Positions 1-8,754 of a stretch of 20,000 nt of DNA are shown here, piece by piece. The notes under the pieces were generated by a model. That model made no database searches. It saw only the letters and a list, made by a program, of their open reading frames with translations, and had not been told where the DNA came from. Within the stretch, counting starts at the first letter, position 1, and each line of letters starts with the position of its first letter. The translations under genes and the position numbers were made by a program. Source of the stretch: an uncultured virus (IMG/VR IMGVR_UViG_3300030508_000023) (lineage: Duplodnaviria > Heunggongvirae > Uroviricota > Caudoviricetes); IMG/VR virus record IMGVR_UViG_3300030508_000023; one strand, written 5' to 3'.

Positions 1-196
1 CAGTTGCTTCGCACAAGACCCCTACACAAAATTGAAGAAGCTTGTCGCTTACATCAGGAGGCAACACCATGCTGATAGATGTGGTCTTATTATCAAATAT
101 CACTGTTGACTTGAACTTGCCTTTGTTGTCGCCCCAGAGCTCGCGCTTGACCTCTAGGGAATTTAGCAAAACCATCTTTGGATCATCCGGTGACAT
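1..196 (-). CDS. hypothetical protein, runs off the window edge (MSPDDPKMVLLNSLEVKRELWGDNKGKFK...)
   Basis: Manually translated: ATG at 196, frame open to position 1, A-rich leader, overlaps the end of 183..536. Confidence 0.6.
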   Translation of the reverse strand, partial: MSPDDPKMVLLNSLEVKRELWGDNKGKFKSTVIFDNKTTSISMVLPPDVSDKLLQFCVGVLCEAT

Positions 197-536
197 TTTT
201 TCCTTTTTCTGTAGTTGGGACTGTCTCCCACACTGGGTCTCCTGAATAGAACCTTCCATTGGCCCTATATAGCTTTTTGTAATACGCTATTTCCTGGCTG
301 ACGTTGCAGTCAGGACAATATCGATGGAAACAACTCACCCTGTTCTGCCCAGATATAATTCCTGGAGAATCCCCAGGTGCATACATCCAGCTGTGCTTAT
401 GCTTGAACAATCCCTTGCCATACCGCATAACTGCCGTCAAAAGACGAATGCATGCAAAGAGCAGGAATATTGAGCATATCACGCATGCCACCATAAATGG
501 ATATATCATGCCTGGTTGCATCGTTGCTAGTATCAT
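183..536 (-). CDS. hypothetical membrane-anchored protein with Cys motif (CFH...CPDC)
   Basis: 117-aa ORF, N-terminal hydrophobic helix, ATGA overlap with 533..694. Confidence 0.7.
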   Translation of the reverse strand: MILATMQPGMIYPFMVACVICSIFLLFACIRLLTAVMRYGKGLFKHKHSWMYAPGDSPGIISGQNRVSCFHRYCPDCNVSQEIAYYKKLYRANGRFYSGDPVWETVPTTEKGKNVTG

Positions 537-694
537 GGCAATAGCGTTTTGTTTTTCTCAGCCTCTCTCTTGCTCTTGAAGCGTTCGATGATACTGTTCC
601 CAAGCTCAAGTCCAAATGCCACTAGATGTCCTAGCACTGCCAGTAACGCCCCAAAAACTATAACTCCAACTACTATCATAAGTAATCCTAACAT
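533..694 (-). CDS. small membrane protein, 53 aa (MLGLLMIVVGVIVFGALLAVLGHLVAFGLELG...)
   Basis: Manually translated, absent from the ORF track; long A-rich leader; TGA overlaps the next ATG. Confidence 0.65.
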   Translation of the reverse strand: MLGLLMIVVGVIVFGALLAVLGHLVAFGLELGNSIIERFKSKREAEKNKTLLP

Positions 695-728
695 ATTTTT
701 GTTTTCCTTTTTTGTTGTTTGTTTTTAT

Positions 729-947
729 TTAATCCCGATACCGACTTTTACTACCCCCCTCAAGGTGTGCAATAAATAAGATGATAGCTACTACCAATAA
801 GACGAATCCAGCTACACCACCCACAACCTGAGGTGATACCCCACCAGCCAATGCAGCAAGTCCTGAACAGACAAAACACAAAATAGACCCAAGGACTAAT
901 TTGTTTTGTTTGAGGTATTGAATTATATTGTTAGTTATTTCTTTCAC
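729..947 (-). CDS. small two-TM membrane protein, paralog of 989..1198
   Basis: 72 aa, GTG start, CFVC and QVVG motifs shared with neighbour. Confidence 0.7.
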   Translation of the reverse strand: MKEITNNIIQYLKQNKLVLGSILCFVCSGLAALAGGVSPQVVGGVAGFVLLVVAIILFIAHLEGGSKSRYRD

Positions 948-988
948 GATTGTTTTTATTTTTGATATTAGCTCCAGTATTATTGTCG

Positions 989-1198
989 TTAATCATCAGA
1001 GTGTTTAATCATGTGCACTACAAACAACACAAAGGCTGCAATCAGTAGAAGCAACCCAGTTGTGGCACCGACAATCTGGTATGGGGGATCACAACGCACC
1101 AATGTACTAATGTTTGCTAATACTAAACACACAAAACACCAAACTGCTTGGGGGTATTCTGCGGTTAGTTGTTTTATCTTACTAAATAGTTCTTTCAC
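989..1198 (-). CDS. small two-TM membrane protein, paralog of 729..947
   Basis: 69 aa, GTG start in a GTGA overlap with the upstream stop, CFVC and QIVG motifs. Confidence 0.7.
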   Translation of the reverse strand: MKELFSKIKQLTAEYPQAVWCFVCLVLANISTLVRCDPPYQIVGATTGLLLLIAAFVLFVVHMIKHSDD

Positions 1199-1563
1199 GA
1201 TTGTTTTTGTTTTGATTCTGCCTCACACAGCTCACACGGTATCCCAGATTTGCTCCAGGAGTGTTTGCTGCAAGTGAAGTAGACTCCTTGTTGGAATTTT
1301 GATGACTCTGGCTTGTCTGGATAGATGAACCCTAACTCAGACAGGCCATACTCGATCATGTTAAGCGCCACATTCTTATTCTTAAGCTGCGACCTCTCTG
1401 ACCAGCATGAGGCCATAAGGCCAGTTGGGATATGAGTAATAGTAACAGCAAGAGGGTGAGGCATCCCACAGGTCTGCCCACCAATGCGCTCTTCGCTTCT
1501 CACCACCTTAAGCTCCCCATGCTTGTGGGACTCGATCTTTAGATCTGAAGGATCAATGTTCAT
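1195..1563 (-). CDS. peptide chain release factor-like (RF-1/GGQ domain) protein, putative peptidyl-tRNA hydrolase
   Basis: GGQ...AVTITHIPTGLMASCWSERSQLKNK matches the class-I RF domain-3 consensus (GGQ..AVRITHxPTG..C..ERSQ.KNK); start reassigned to ATG 1563 (MNIDPSDLKIE). Confidence 0.85.
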   Translation of the reverse strand: MNIDPSDLKIESHKHGELKVVRSEERIGGQTCGMPHPLAVTITHIPTGLMASCWSERSQLKNKNVALNMIEYGLSELGFIYPDKPESSKFQQGVYFTCSKHSWSKSGIPCELCEAESKQKQS

Positions 1564-1921
1564 ACCTAGACTTGAGTGTTTTGAGCAGAGACAACTCTCT
1601 CTTCCTCTTTGCCTCTGCTCTCTTCTGGGCAGATACCTGACCAGCGTGCTTCGCTCGAGCCTCACTGTCGAGCCTATCCTTATACTCTTTGTCTGTCTCA
1701 ATAGACTCGTATCGGACCTCATAGACCATATAACGATCTTCGTAATGGCTTTCCTCATAGTAATGAGTAAAAGTTACGGTTTCCTGCTCTTCTTCCGTAA
1801 GATGTCCTATGGCATCCCTGATCCTATTTTGGATACGCTCAGCAGTACCATCGAAAAAGTCGTCACCTTGGTCAGGCAACCGCCTGGTTATGTATTTCTT
1901 TTTACCTCCCATTGTAGTCAT
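1553..1921 (-). CDS. hypothetical protein with charged helical C-terminus
   Basis: 122-aa ORF with short overlaps to both neighbours. Confidence 0.7.
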   Translation of the reverse strand: MTTMGGKKKYITRRLPDQGDDFFDGTAERIQNRIRDAIGHLTEEEQETVTFTHYYEESHYEDRYMVYEVRYESIETDKEYKDRLDSEARAKHAGQVSAQKRAEAKRKRELSLLKTLKSRYEH

Positions 1922-2606
1922 TTACCTCCAGTTTGATTTCATTTTCAGTAGCCTTCTTGAGGACTTTCTGTTTCATCGGTCCGCCTCTGTCCCAATCTTT
2001 GTTGTCGTTTTTGCCAAAGTATCTGGCATAGCCATTGTTCTCTTCCATCCAAAGCTTTAGATAGTGAAGCTCACTCTCTGCGTCTCCATTTGGAATAAAC
2101 TTTTCAGTGACATAAGCAGCCTTGTAGGCAAACTCCACCATGTAGTCGGGTACTTTGGGGTAGTATCTATACCTGACAACATTCTTGCTGCCATAGTTCC
2201 TATAGAGCTCTCTGACGTAAAACCACTTATTCCTAAAAAAAGGAGGGAAGTTCTCTTTGTCAAATTGCTCCTGACTTATACTCACGAGGCCTTGACCATC
2301 CTGAATATAAGTAAAAAAGCTATCTCTCCCGCTGCCAAATCCGACCTCCGTACGAGCTTTGTAGCTCTTAGGAGAATGCTTTTTACCTAATACCCAGTGA
2401 TCACATGCATCAACCACTTTCTGGACTTGCTCCCCAATGGAACTTCTCAGAACGTCATCCCTAACTTTGAAGTGACGCCAGTGACCTACAAAAATCTTGT
2501 TTTCAAGAGGTACGCTAATTCCTCTCATATCTCGATATAGCTCATTAATGCGCTCCGCGACTTTCCGAATATGCTTCAAAGAAATTTCCTTCTTCTGCTT
2601 CTTCAT
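1902..2606 (-). CDS. hypothetical basic/aromatic-rich protein
   Basis: 234-aa ORF, ATGA overlap with 2603..2836. Confidence 0.8.
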   Translation of the reverse strand: MKKQKKEISLKHIRKVAERINELYRDMRGISVPLENKIFVGHWRHFKVRDDVLRSSIGEQVQKVVDACDHWVLGKKHSPKSYKARTEVGFGSGRDSFFTYIQDGQGLVSISQEQFDKENFPPFFRNKWFYVRELYRNYGSKNVVRYRYYPKVPDYMVEFAYKAAYVTEKFIPNGDAESELHYLKLWMEENNGYARYFGKNDNKDWDRGGPMKQKVLKKATENEIKLEVNDYNGR

Positions 2607-2836
2607 CTCTTTGTGTTGGTGTTGTTGCTAGCCGCCGCTTTGCGTTCAGCCTGCATCTTGTTAAAATCTCTCCTGGCAGCATTGAGTTCATGCCTCTGGA
2701 CAGACTCAGTGCGAATGCGATCAAACGTCTCGACTGGATACCATACATCAGCTCCATCTTTCCCGTATCGCTTCCAAAAGCGCTTCTTGCCATCTGGGGA
2801 CAGATCCCCTCTCTTGTATCGTTTCTTTTCTTCCAT
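2603..2836 (-). CDS. small basic hypothetical protein
   Basis: 77-aa ORF, translationally coupled to the downstream gene. Confidence 0.7.
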   Translation of the reverse strand: MEEKKRYKRGDLSPDGKKRFWKRYGKDGADVWYPVETFDRIRTESVQRHELNAARRDFNKMQAERKAAASNNTNTKR

Positions 2837-2858
2837 TGATAAGTATGTTGACCAATAA

Positions 2859-2882
2859 GGTCCATGGGAATTCCCATGGACC
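2859..2882. repeat. perfect 24-bp palindrome GGTCCATGGGAATTCCCATGGACC (hairpin/terminator or protein-binding site)
   Basis: Self-reverse-complementary, flanked by CCAAT (2852-2856) and ATTGG (2884-2888); intergenic, just past the stop of 2896..4056. Confidence 0.85.
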
Positions 2883-2895
2883 CATTGGATGTTAA

Positions 2896-4056
2896 TTAGC
2901 TAGCTGGTACTACACCTTCAGTCCCGTACAGGATCTGCTCCAAGGTGGTGTCGGAGTGAGTTGCAATGTAGTTTGTAATAGCTACAATGCTTTGCAGTGG
3001 GGCGTGGTAGTCGCTATAAAGAGCTGTAAAGCTGGTATTAGCTTCCTTATTCCCCAACTGCAATACCTCATTGGCATATACAGTGAGCATCTGAACATGG
3101 ACCTCAAAATGATCTAAGAACTCCACAATCACAGGGGATTCAAAGCTCAGATCATATCTGGGGCCAAGGCCACGAAATACACCATCGTTGTAGATCGTAG
3201 AGAAAGCATCAGTGATCAAAAAGACACTATACATGATCTCTTTGCAGCACTGGTGAATCTCCTCTTCCGAGATGGGAGAATCAAAGTGTCGATTACCAGA
3301 CACCAACTCCACAAGGTCTGCAACAGCATCCATGAGAGTAAGTGACCACCGAAGCCGCTTCTTGTACTGAGTCTCGCTGGATGAGGTCGACACTCTCAAC
3401 TTAGCAATTAGAGCGTAGTAAGGTACCCCCTCAAGCCTGAAGTATTTTTCTCCTGGACCAGAGTATCCGGCCTTTACCTGAGTCATGCCCGAACCCCCAA
3501 ACATGTGATCGTCGACAGTACTTCCAATTTCCACCCTCTCCTCTCCGACCTGAACACCATTCTCATAGATTGGTATAACCTCGTACACCGCCTCGCTTTC
3601 AGGAGTGTTTAGGATGAGCTGATATGCTTCATCAACAAGGTTCTTCACATTAGCGCAGCGCTCGTAGTCATTGTCTTCCATAAGAATGACAGTACGATTG
3701 AAGTCTGCATAGATGAAGTCTTCCAACACAGAGATCACATCCTCAATCTCCAAGTATGAGAACCCTGGAATCTCAATTACAAGGTTGGTGTCCATCGATA
3801 TGACGATCTCAATCCTTGGATCCGTTTGGAAGGTGGCATCAATACTCTCACAGACTCTCTGCAGCAGATGCTCCTTGCACCCCTCTTCATCACGGATATC
3901 CAACGGCTTGAGTTCCACCTGGGTGACTTCACCCACCTCCACCACAGCCGTCTCTGTTGTTGCAGTAGCGGCAGGTTTCCCTACCGCATTTTTATCATCC
4001 ACCTTGGCATCCTTGCCTTTGGTGTCTTTCTTTTGTTTTTCTTGTGCGGTTGCCAT
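2896..4056 (-). CDS. acidic hypothetical protein, 386 aa, with low-complexity K/A/T-rich N-terminus
   Basis: Long ORF with AC-rich leader; no motif recognised. Confidence 0.85.
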   Translation of the reverse strand: MATAQEKQKKDTKGKDAKVDDKNAVGKPAATATTETAVVEVGEVTQVELKPLDIRDEEGCKEHLLQRVCESIDATFQTDPRIEIVISMDTNLVIEIPGFSYLEIEDVISVLEDFIYADFNRTVILMEDNDYERCANVKNLVDEAYQLILNTPESEAVYEVIPIYENGVQVGEERVEIGSTVDDHMFGGSGMTQVKAGYSGPGEKYFRLEGVPYYALIAKLRVSTSSSETQYKKRLRWSLTLMDAVADLVELVSGNRHFDSPISEEEIHQCCKEIMYSVFLITDAFSTIYNDGVFRGLGPRYDLSFESPVIVEFLDHFEVHVQMLTVYANEVLQLGNKEANTSFTALYSDYHAPLQSIVAITNYIATHSDTTLEQILYGTEGVVPAS

Positions 4057-4089
4057 AGTTGTTCTTTTGGTTAGTTGTTTGTTTTTTAA

Positions 4090-4578
4090 TTAAAAATAAT
4101 TGATATTAGCTCCATACATGTTGCTGATTATTCGCCTTATGACAATATCAACACTCCTGTAATCTATTGATAGCGTACGCACCATTCTATTTCTTGGTCT
4201 GACACTTAACCGATAAGTCTCATCAGGCCTTGCATTTGGCCTATATGAAACCATATCAATAGGTAAATTAATTATGGCTGCTAATCTGGTCATTACTTTG
4301 TGTGGAGTTCCACCCTTAGTAATGCATGCCCATACCATACCACCTTGTGATACGAAGCTATGCATAGGTAGTGATTCACACCCCCAATCTCTTAAATAAA
4401 GATCTTGCAACTGCCTATCGTCCATTAAGAATGTATCAACATCTAGTTGTTTAATTTCACCAAAAAACATGCCATACCTCTCCTCAAACATACTTTCTGG
4501 CACTGCATCTTCAATCCTGTATGGAATTAGGTTAATAGCATCTAAAACTGTTACTGCGTTAATGTAATAATCATTCAT
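4090..4578 (-). CDS. tandem paralog family member 10 (WG(C)...TxGGxP motif; DUF1281/YubB-like?)
   Basis: YINAV, FGEIKQ, DWGC, ITKGGTPHKVMTRLAA; start set at ATG 4578 by alignment to paralogs. Confidence 0.8.
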   Translation of the reverse strand: MNDYYINAVTVLDAINLIPYRIEDAVPESMFEERYGMFFGEIKQLDVDTFLMDDRQLQDLYLRDWGCESLPMHSFVSQGGMVWACITKGGTPHKVMTRLAAIINLPIDMVSYRPNARPDETYRLSVRPRNRMVRTLSIDYRSVDIVIRRIISNMYGANINYF

Positions 4579-4622
4579 TTGTGTTCTCCCAATTACCCCA
4601 AGTAGCCATAGTTCTGTGCGTC

Positions 4623-5168
4623 CTAAAGCGACCACGCCGTTGCATAGCGTTCCGAATAGTAGTGTCTGGGGGTGATGGGAGTTCGGAAGTTTTCAGTCCA
4701 ACGCTCCCTATTCCTATCTAACTCGACTTGAAACGTATCAATGGAATCCCTTGACAACAAGTCATCGCCCACTAAACGCAAGTTCATCCTTGCCCTGAAT
4801 GGATTTACGAAAAGATGGTAGTAATCATTTATATTTTCTGCACTCTTAGAGACCATATTCACCTCAACGTTCTTTAGTGCAGCAACCCTAGAGAACACCT
4901 TTGTGGGTATTCCACCCTGAGTTCTGAACACCATTCTAGTCCCACCAATCAGCATCCGAGCCCTAATCCCGTCTGATCTACACCCCCACTTGCTGAAAGC
5001 GTCCTCAAGTAGTTGATCATAAGGCAAAGTTAATAATGGCTTTATGCGGTAAAATGCGATCAATAAATCGTCATTCATAAACTCCCCAATGACATCACGC
5101 ACAAGGGGAATAGACGTATTTCTTGATCTAAAGCTAACTATATTTACAAACATTGTTTCGTTATTCAT
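4623..5168 (-). CDS. tandem paralog family member 9
   Basis: FVNIV, AFYRIKP, KWGC, FRTQGGIPTKVFSRVAA; start ATG 5168. Confidence 0.8.
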   Translation of the reverse strand: MNNETMFVNIVSFRSRNTSIPLVRDVIGEFMNDDLLIAFYRIKPLLTLPYDQLLEDAFSKWGCRSDGIRARMLIGGTRMVFRTQGGIPTKVFSRVAALKNVEVNMVSKSAENINDYYHLFVNPFRARMNLRLVGDDLLSRDSIDTFQVELDRNRERWTENFRTPITPRHYYSERYATAWSL

Positions 5169-5712
5169 CCGGTTCTTCTGGTCCTTCTGGTTCTTGTGCC
5201 AGCTCCTCATCATATTGATTGATTAGATTATCTAGTGCGACAACATGGGGCTCTGGTAACTGCTCCCACTCCCTCTCCATAATTCTGTACAGCCTGGCAG
5301 ATGGAAATATAAGGGTCTCATAGTATCGCCCAGTATCATAGCAATAAGTATACATCTGCAAGTCGCGCATACAAAAAGTAGCCATCTTTTGAATGACCTT
5401 AATCGCTGCACCACCCCGTGTTCTCATTGCCAACATCTTGGGATCGTTAGGGTCTATATACGACGCCATAGCATTCGCTGTGGCCCCCCACCTATCAAAA
5501 ACGAACTCTTCCTGATTGCGCCACGGCAAACCTATTATTTCATTTATGTATATTGGGACGACATCGCTGAAGTCTATAGGGTTTTCACTATTAAGATAAC
5601 TCCCAATAGCATCTCGGATGGGAACAGCTATTACCCCGTATTGCAGATTGCCGAGGTAGGTACTTGAACCAAGAGAAAATACACTTAAGTAATTTTTATT
5701 ATCCGTATCCAT
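5161..5712 (-). CDS. tandem paralog family member 8 (acidic tail)
   Basis: KNYL, IDFSDVVP, RWGA, MRTRGGAAIKVIQKMA. Confidence 0.8.
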   Translation of the reverse strand: MDTDNKNYLSVFSLGSSTYLGNLQYGVIAVPIRDAIGSYLNSENPIDFSDVVPIYINEIIGLPWRNQEEFVFDRWGATANAMASYIDPNDPKMLAMRTRGGAAIKVIQKMATFCMRDLQMYTYCYDTGRYYETLIFPSARLYRIMEREWEQLPEPHVVALDNLINQYDEELAQEPEGPEEPDE

Positions 5713-5720
5713 ATATAATA

Positions 5721-6197
5721 TTAGTTATCGGCCCTCGATAGAGTGTTTTGGAGCTTCTCACGAATCTGATTGGGAAGGGTATACCCTTGTATCTGGATAA
5801 GCCGATGCCGTCTTTCGTATGGCTTAACAGAATATTTGTAATAATCGTTTGACCCATATGCTCTAAAATATAATCCAATATAATTGTTAGTAATAGCTGC
5901 TAGTCTTGACATTACCTTGGTAGGTACTCCATCCCGAGTGGCAAATGCTAGTGAGTATGGATCATCATACTCCGTAAAAAATTCCGGTGTGGTCCCACAC
6001 CCCCAATGACCAACAAAATAATCATAAATCCCTCCCAGTGGAATTTCCTGTAAAAGTACGTCACGGGGTTTTATAGCGTCAAAGTCAATAATATTTCGTG
6101 GAGTGTGAGTGAACACACTAGGGAACTGCTCCCTTATATTAATTAACTGGGGGGTGAGGTGTGTGTACCTCATCTCCAATAAATTTGCATATATCAT
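5721..6197 (-). CDS. tandem paralog family member 7
   Basis: ANLL, IDFDAIKP, HWGC, FATRDGVPTKVMSRLAA. Confidence 0.8.
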   Translation of the reverse strand: MIYANLLEMRYTHLTPQLINIREQFPSVFTHTPRNIIDFDAIKPRDVLLQEIPLGGIYDYFVGHWGCGTTPEFFTEYDDPYSLAFATRDGVPTKVMSRLAAITNNYIGLYFRAYGSNDYYKYSVKPYERRHRLIQIQGYTLPNQIREKLQNTLSRADN

Positions 6198-6212
6198 ATT
6201 TTTTAAAATTGT

Positions 6213-6665
6213 TTACATCACTAATCTTTGTATCATACGATAACATTCCACTGGAAACGAAACTGGTTGCAGCTGGCATATACTATGCTTTCTTAGATTT
6301 ATTGTTATTCTGTACCTGTAGCTCTCAGTAGTGATTGAGTTGCACGAGCACAACCATATATCCTTGTTGATGATTGCGGCTAACCTAGATATGGCCTTAA
6401 TTGGCATTCCGCCACCTGTCATAAACCCATAGGTCTCTTCACCTGGCTCGTTGTTAAACTGGGGGTTTGTAGCTATAGTGTAACTTCCCCAAACGCCTAG
6501 AGCACATTCCGTCCTTGAATATCCTGGTATTTCAGGAATCTGCCGAATGCGATTAAAGTCGAGACTCTCGCCACGAAAGAACTGTGGATATTCCTGAGCT
6601 ATATTTATTTTCTCTGGTCCACCTGAGTGGGCCCAAACTATAAGTGCATTTTTAAAAATCTGCAT
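6213..6665 (-). CDS. tandem paralog family member 6
   Basis: KNAL, LDFNRIRQ, VWGS, FMTGGGMPIKAISRLAA. Confidence 0.8.
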   Translation of the reverse strand: MQIFKNALIVWAHSGGPEKINIAQEYPQFFRGESLDFNRIRQIPEIPGYSRTECALGVWGSYTIATNPQFNNEPGEETYGFMTGGGMPIKAISRLAAIINKDIWLCSCNSITTESYRYRITINLRKHSICQLQPVSFPVECYRMIQRLVM

Positions 6666-7179
6666 TTGTTCTTATATTTTCTGGTTCTGTATCCCCATCC
6701 CGCATAAACAAACCAATCATATCCTGCATTGCTGAAAACACGCGGGTAGGTATCCTATACGCATTATTTCTATGAAAGCTTTGCTGTCGTGTGTTTGGGT
6801 TGACAAGAAACGCAAAATGCTCGTCTACGTCGCTATACCAAGACCACATACCAATTGTACGATTAATCAAAGCAGACAGCCTTGATATAACTCTTGTTGG
6901 AGGAAAACACTCTGTCTGAAATGACAGGACTTTGGGGTTCCCTCTGCCAACATCACTGAGTCTAAAGAAGTTCCCGGCGTTGGCGCACCCCCACTGATCA
7001 ATCAAATCCTGTGGGGTGACAAGATCAACATTGGATAACGGCTTAATATTGCTAAACAAAAGCGCACAGTCATTCCTATATGTTGATGGTATAGCCTCCA
7101 GGATAGGGGCGTATTGTGTAGGAAAGTCACCACCATCTAAGCTAACTGACAATGCATTAATTACTATTCTATTCCTCAT
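6652..7179 (-). CDS. tandem paralog family member 5
   Basis: INAL, LFSNIKP, QWGC, FQTECFPPTRVISRLSA. Confidence 0.8.
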   Translation of the reverse strand: MRNRIVINALSVSLDGGDFPTQYAPILEAIPSTYRNDCALLFSNIKPLSNVDLVTPQDLIDQWGCANAGNFFRLSDVGRGNPKVLSFQTECFPPTRVISRLSALINRTIGMWSWYSDVDEHFAFLVNPNTRQQSFHRNNAYRIPTRVFSAMQDMIGLFMRDGDTEPENIRTNADF

Positions 7180-7226
7180 GTTAAGTTGTGTTGTGTATTA
7201 CCACTTTGTTTTAATAACTTATATAT

Positions 7227-7718
7227 TTATTGGCGAACATTTCTTGTGATGTCGATTCCTAGCAACTGAAGACGCCGCACTATGGCATTTTCGGTTTTTG
7301 CGCTTAATACCCCAAAAACGACTATATTACATTTGTATCTCCTTTCTCTTGGCTTATACACATGTTGATATATATTCCCAGAATCTGGATAATATGATGT
7401 CATAATAATATCCATCCTAAGCTGGGCAGATAGTTTTGATATTACCATCCATGGTACTCCATCCGCTGTTTGAAATGTCAGTCGGTCCGGGTGGGTCCCT
7501 TCATTTAAAGCAAAGTTCATGCCGCCCCCACAGCACCCCCAGTTCCTCATCATCCAACTCCCTATTTCAATGGGTCTCATGAAGACATCATTTGGTATTG
7601 GCTTCAAATCGTCAAACAATACTTGACCATTTCTAAAAAATTCTCCTAGCCCCTCTCTGATGTTAATTACATTTCCATGTCCATCCCATACCGAAAGTAC
7701 ATTAATTATTGTGTTCAC
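7227..7718 (-). CDS. tandem paralog family member 4
   Basis: INVL, LFDDLKP, NWGC, FQTADGVPWMVISKLSA; GTG start with AGGAGG 6 nt upstream. Confidence 0.8.
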   Translation of the reverse strand: MNTIINVLSVWDGHGNVINIREGLGEFFRNGQVLFDDLKPIPNDVFMRPIEIGSWMMRNWGCCGGGMNFALNEGTHPDRLTFQTADGVPWMVISKLSAQLRMDIIMTSYYPDSGNIYQHVYKPRERRYKCNIVVFGVLSAKTENAIVRRLQLLGIDITRNVRQ

Positions 7719-7747
7719 GCTGGTCCTCCTATTTAAAAATTAAATGG

Positions 7748-7765
7748 TGGGGCATCCCTACCCCA
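7748..7765 (-). terminator. hairpin UGGGGUA-GGGA-UGCCCCA followed by an AU-rich tract, inside the paralog array
   Basis: 7-bp stem with GNRA loop then CCAUUUAAUUUUU on the minus-strand transcript. Confidence 0.45.
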
Positions 7766-7801
7766 AATCCCTAAATACATCTGAAAAAGTTTCTTCCATA
7801 T

Positions 7802-8278
7802 TTAATCAGCCGGTGGTGTGGCTCTTAATCGCTCTTCAATAGCGGCTCTAGTTTGATTAGAAAGATACAACAAATCTGGTATTTTTCTGCACCAATACAA
7901 CCTATTAGCTGGATCAAATGATTGATAATAGATGTCTCTAGATGTACAAAAATATGACACTAACTCTATATTCTTTTGGGTTAATACAGAAAGTCTAGAA
8001 ATCACCTTGTTGGCAGTTCCATTGTGTGTATCAAAGGTCAATCGAGTGCCTATATTATTAATAACAAAATTATCTCCAGATCCACTAGATCCCCAATGCA
8101 TATGTATTAAGTCCTCAATATCTTCTGGCCGACCCCAAGGTGTATACTGTATTGGCTTTACTCGTCCAAAATCTATTCTATTGTTACTATAGTACTCACC
8201 TAGCGCATCTATGATTTGAACAAACCCATCATTTTCGCTATGGGACATTAAGACGTTAATAACTCTTGTTGTTCTCAT
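7802..8278 (-). CDS. tandem paralog family member 3
   Basis: INVL, IDFGRVKP, HWGS, FDTHNGTANKVISRLSV; start ATG 8278 in an ATGA overlap. Confidence 0.8.
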   Translation of the reverse strand: MRTTRVINVLMSHSENDGFVQIIDALGEYYSNNRIDFGRVKPIQYTPWGRPEDIEDLIHMHWGSSGSGDNFVINNIGTRLTFDTHNGTANKVISRLSVLTQKNIELVSYFCTSRDIYYQSFDPANRLYWCRKIPDLLYLSNQTRAAIEERLRATPPAD

Positions 8279-8739
8279 GCTGGAGCTAATGGGCATAGGC
8301 GTCGCCGGAATGCTGACGGAATATCTAAGACGTTTAGAATCCTAGAAAAAGATTGCTGCCTAATTGCTGGCAGAGTCTCAAAAACATAGCAACTATCACT
8401 GTCTGAATACCTAGAGAACAATTTAGCAACAAGTCTCTTTTGCGCAGAGATCCTTGATATTATCTTTGTTGGAATTCCGCCAATTGTCGTAAACTCCAGG
8501 GCTCTGCCACCGCAAATTATTCTAAAGGCATTGCCAGTTACCTGGCAACCCCAGTTTTCCATGTTCCATTCCCGTAGATCTTCAATGGTCCCAATAGTAC
8601 GCCAATCTACTGGTTTTACGCTATTGAAATCAATGCAGCCATGTCGGTCCATGTACTCACCTAAAGCATTTTGTACCCCAAGCGCCTCTCCTGCTAATGG
8701 AGAGTAAATAACTAAAACATTTAAAAAATAATAATTCAT
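8275..8739 (-). CDS. tandem paralog family member 2
   Basis: LNVL, IDFNSVKP, WNMENWGC, FTTIGGIPTKIISRISA. Confidence 0.8.
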   Translation of the reverse strand: MNYYFLNVLVIYSPLAGEALGVQNALGEYMDRHGCIDFNSVKPVDWRTIGTIEDLREWNMENWGCQVTGNAFRIICGGRALEFTTIGGIPTKIISRISAQKRLVAKLFSRYSDSDSCYVFETLPAIRQQSFSRILNVLDIPSAFRRRLCPLAPA

Positions 8740-8754
8740 TATGTGTAAGATTTT

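Noticed and set aside
1564..1758. N-terminal extension of the RF-like ORF given in the ORF track (187 aa)
   Set aside because: Overlaps 1553..1921 entirely; the RF domain begins at ATG 1563.
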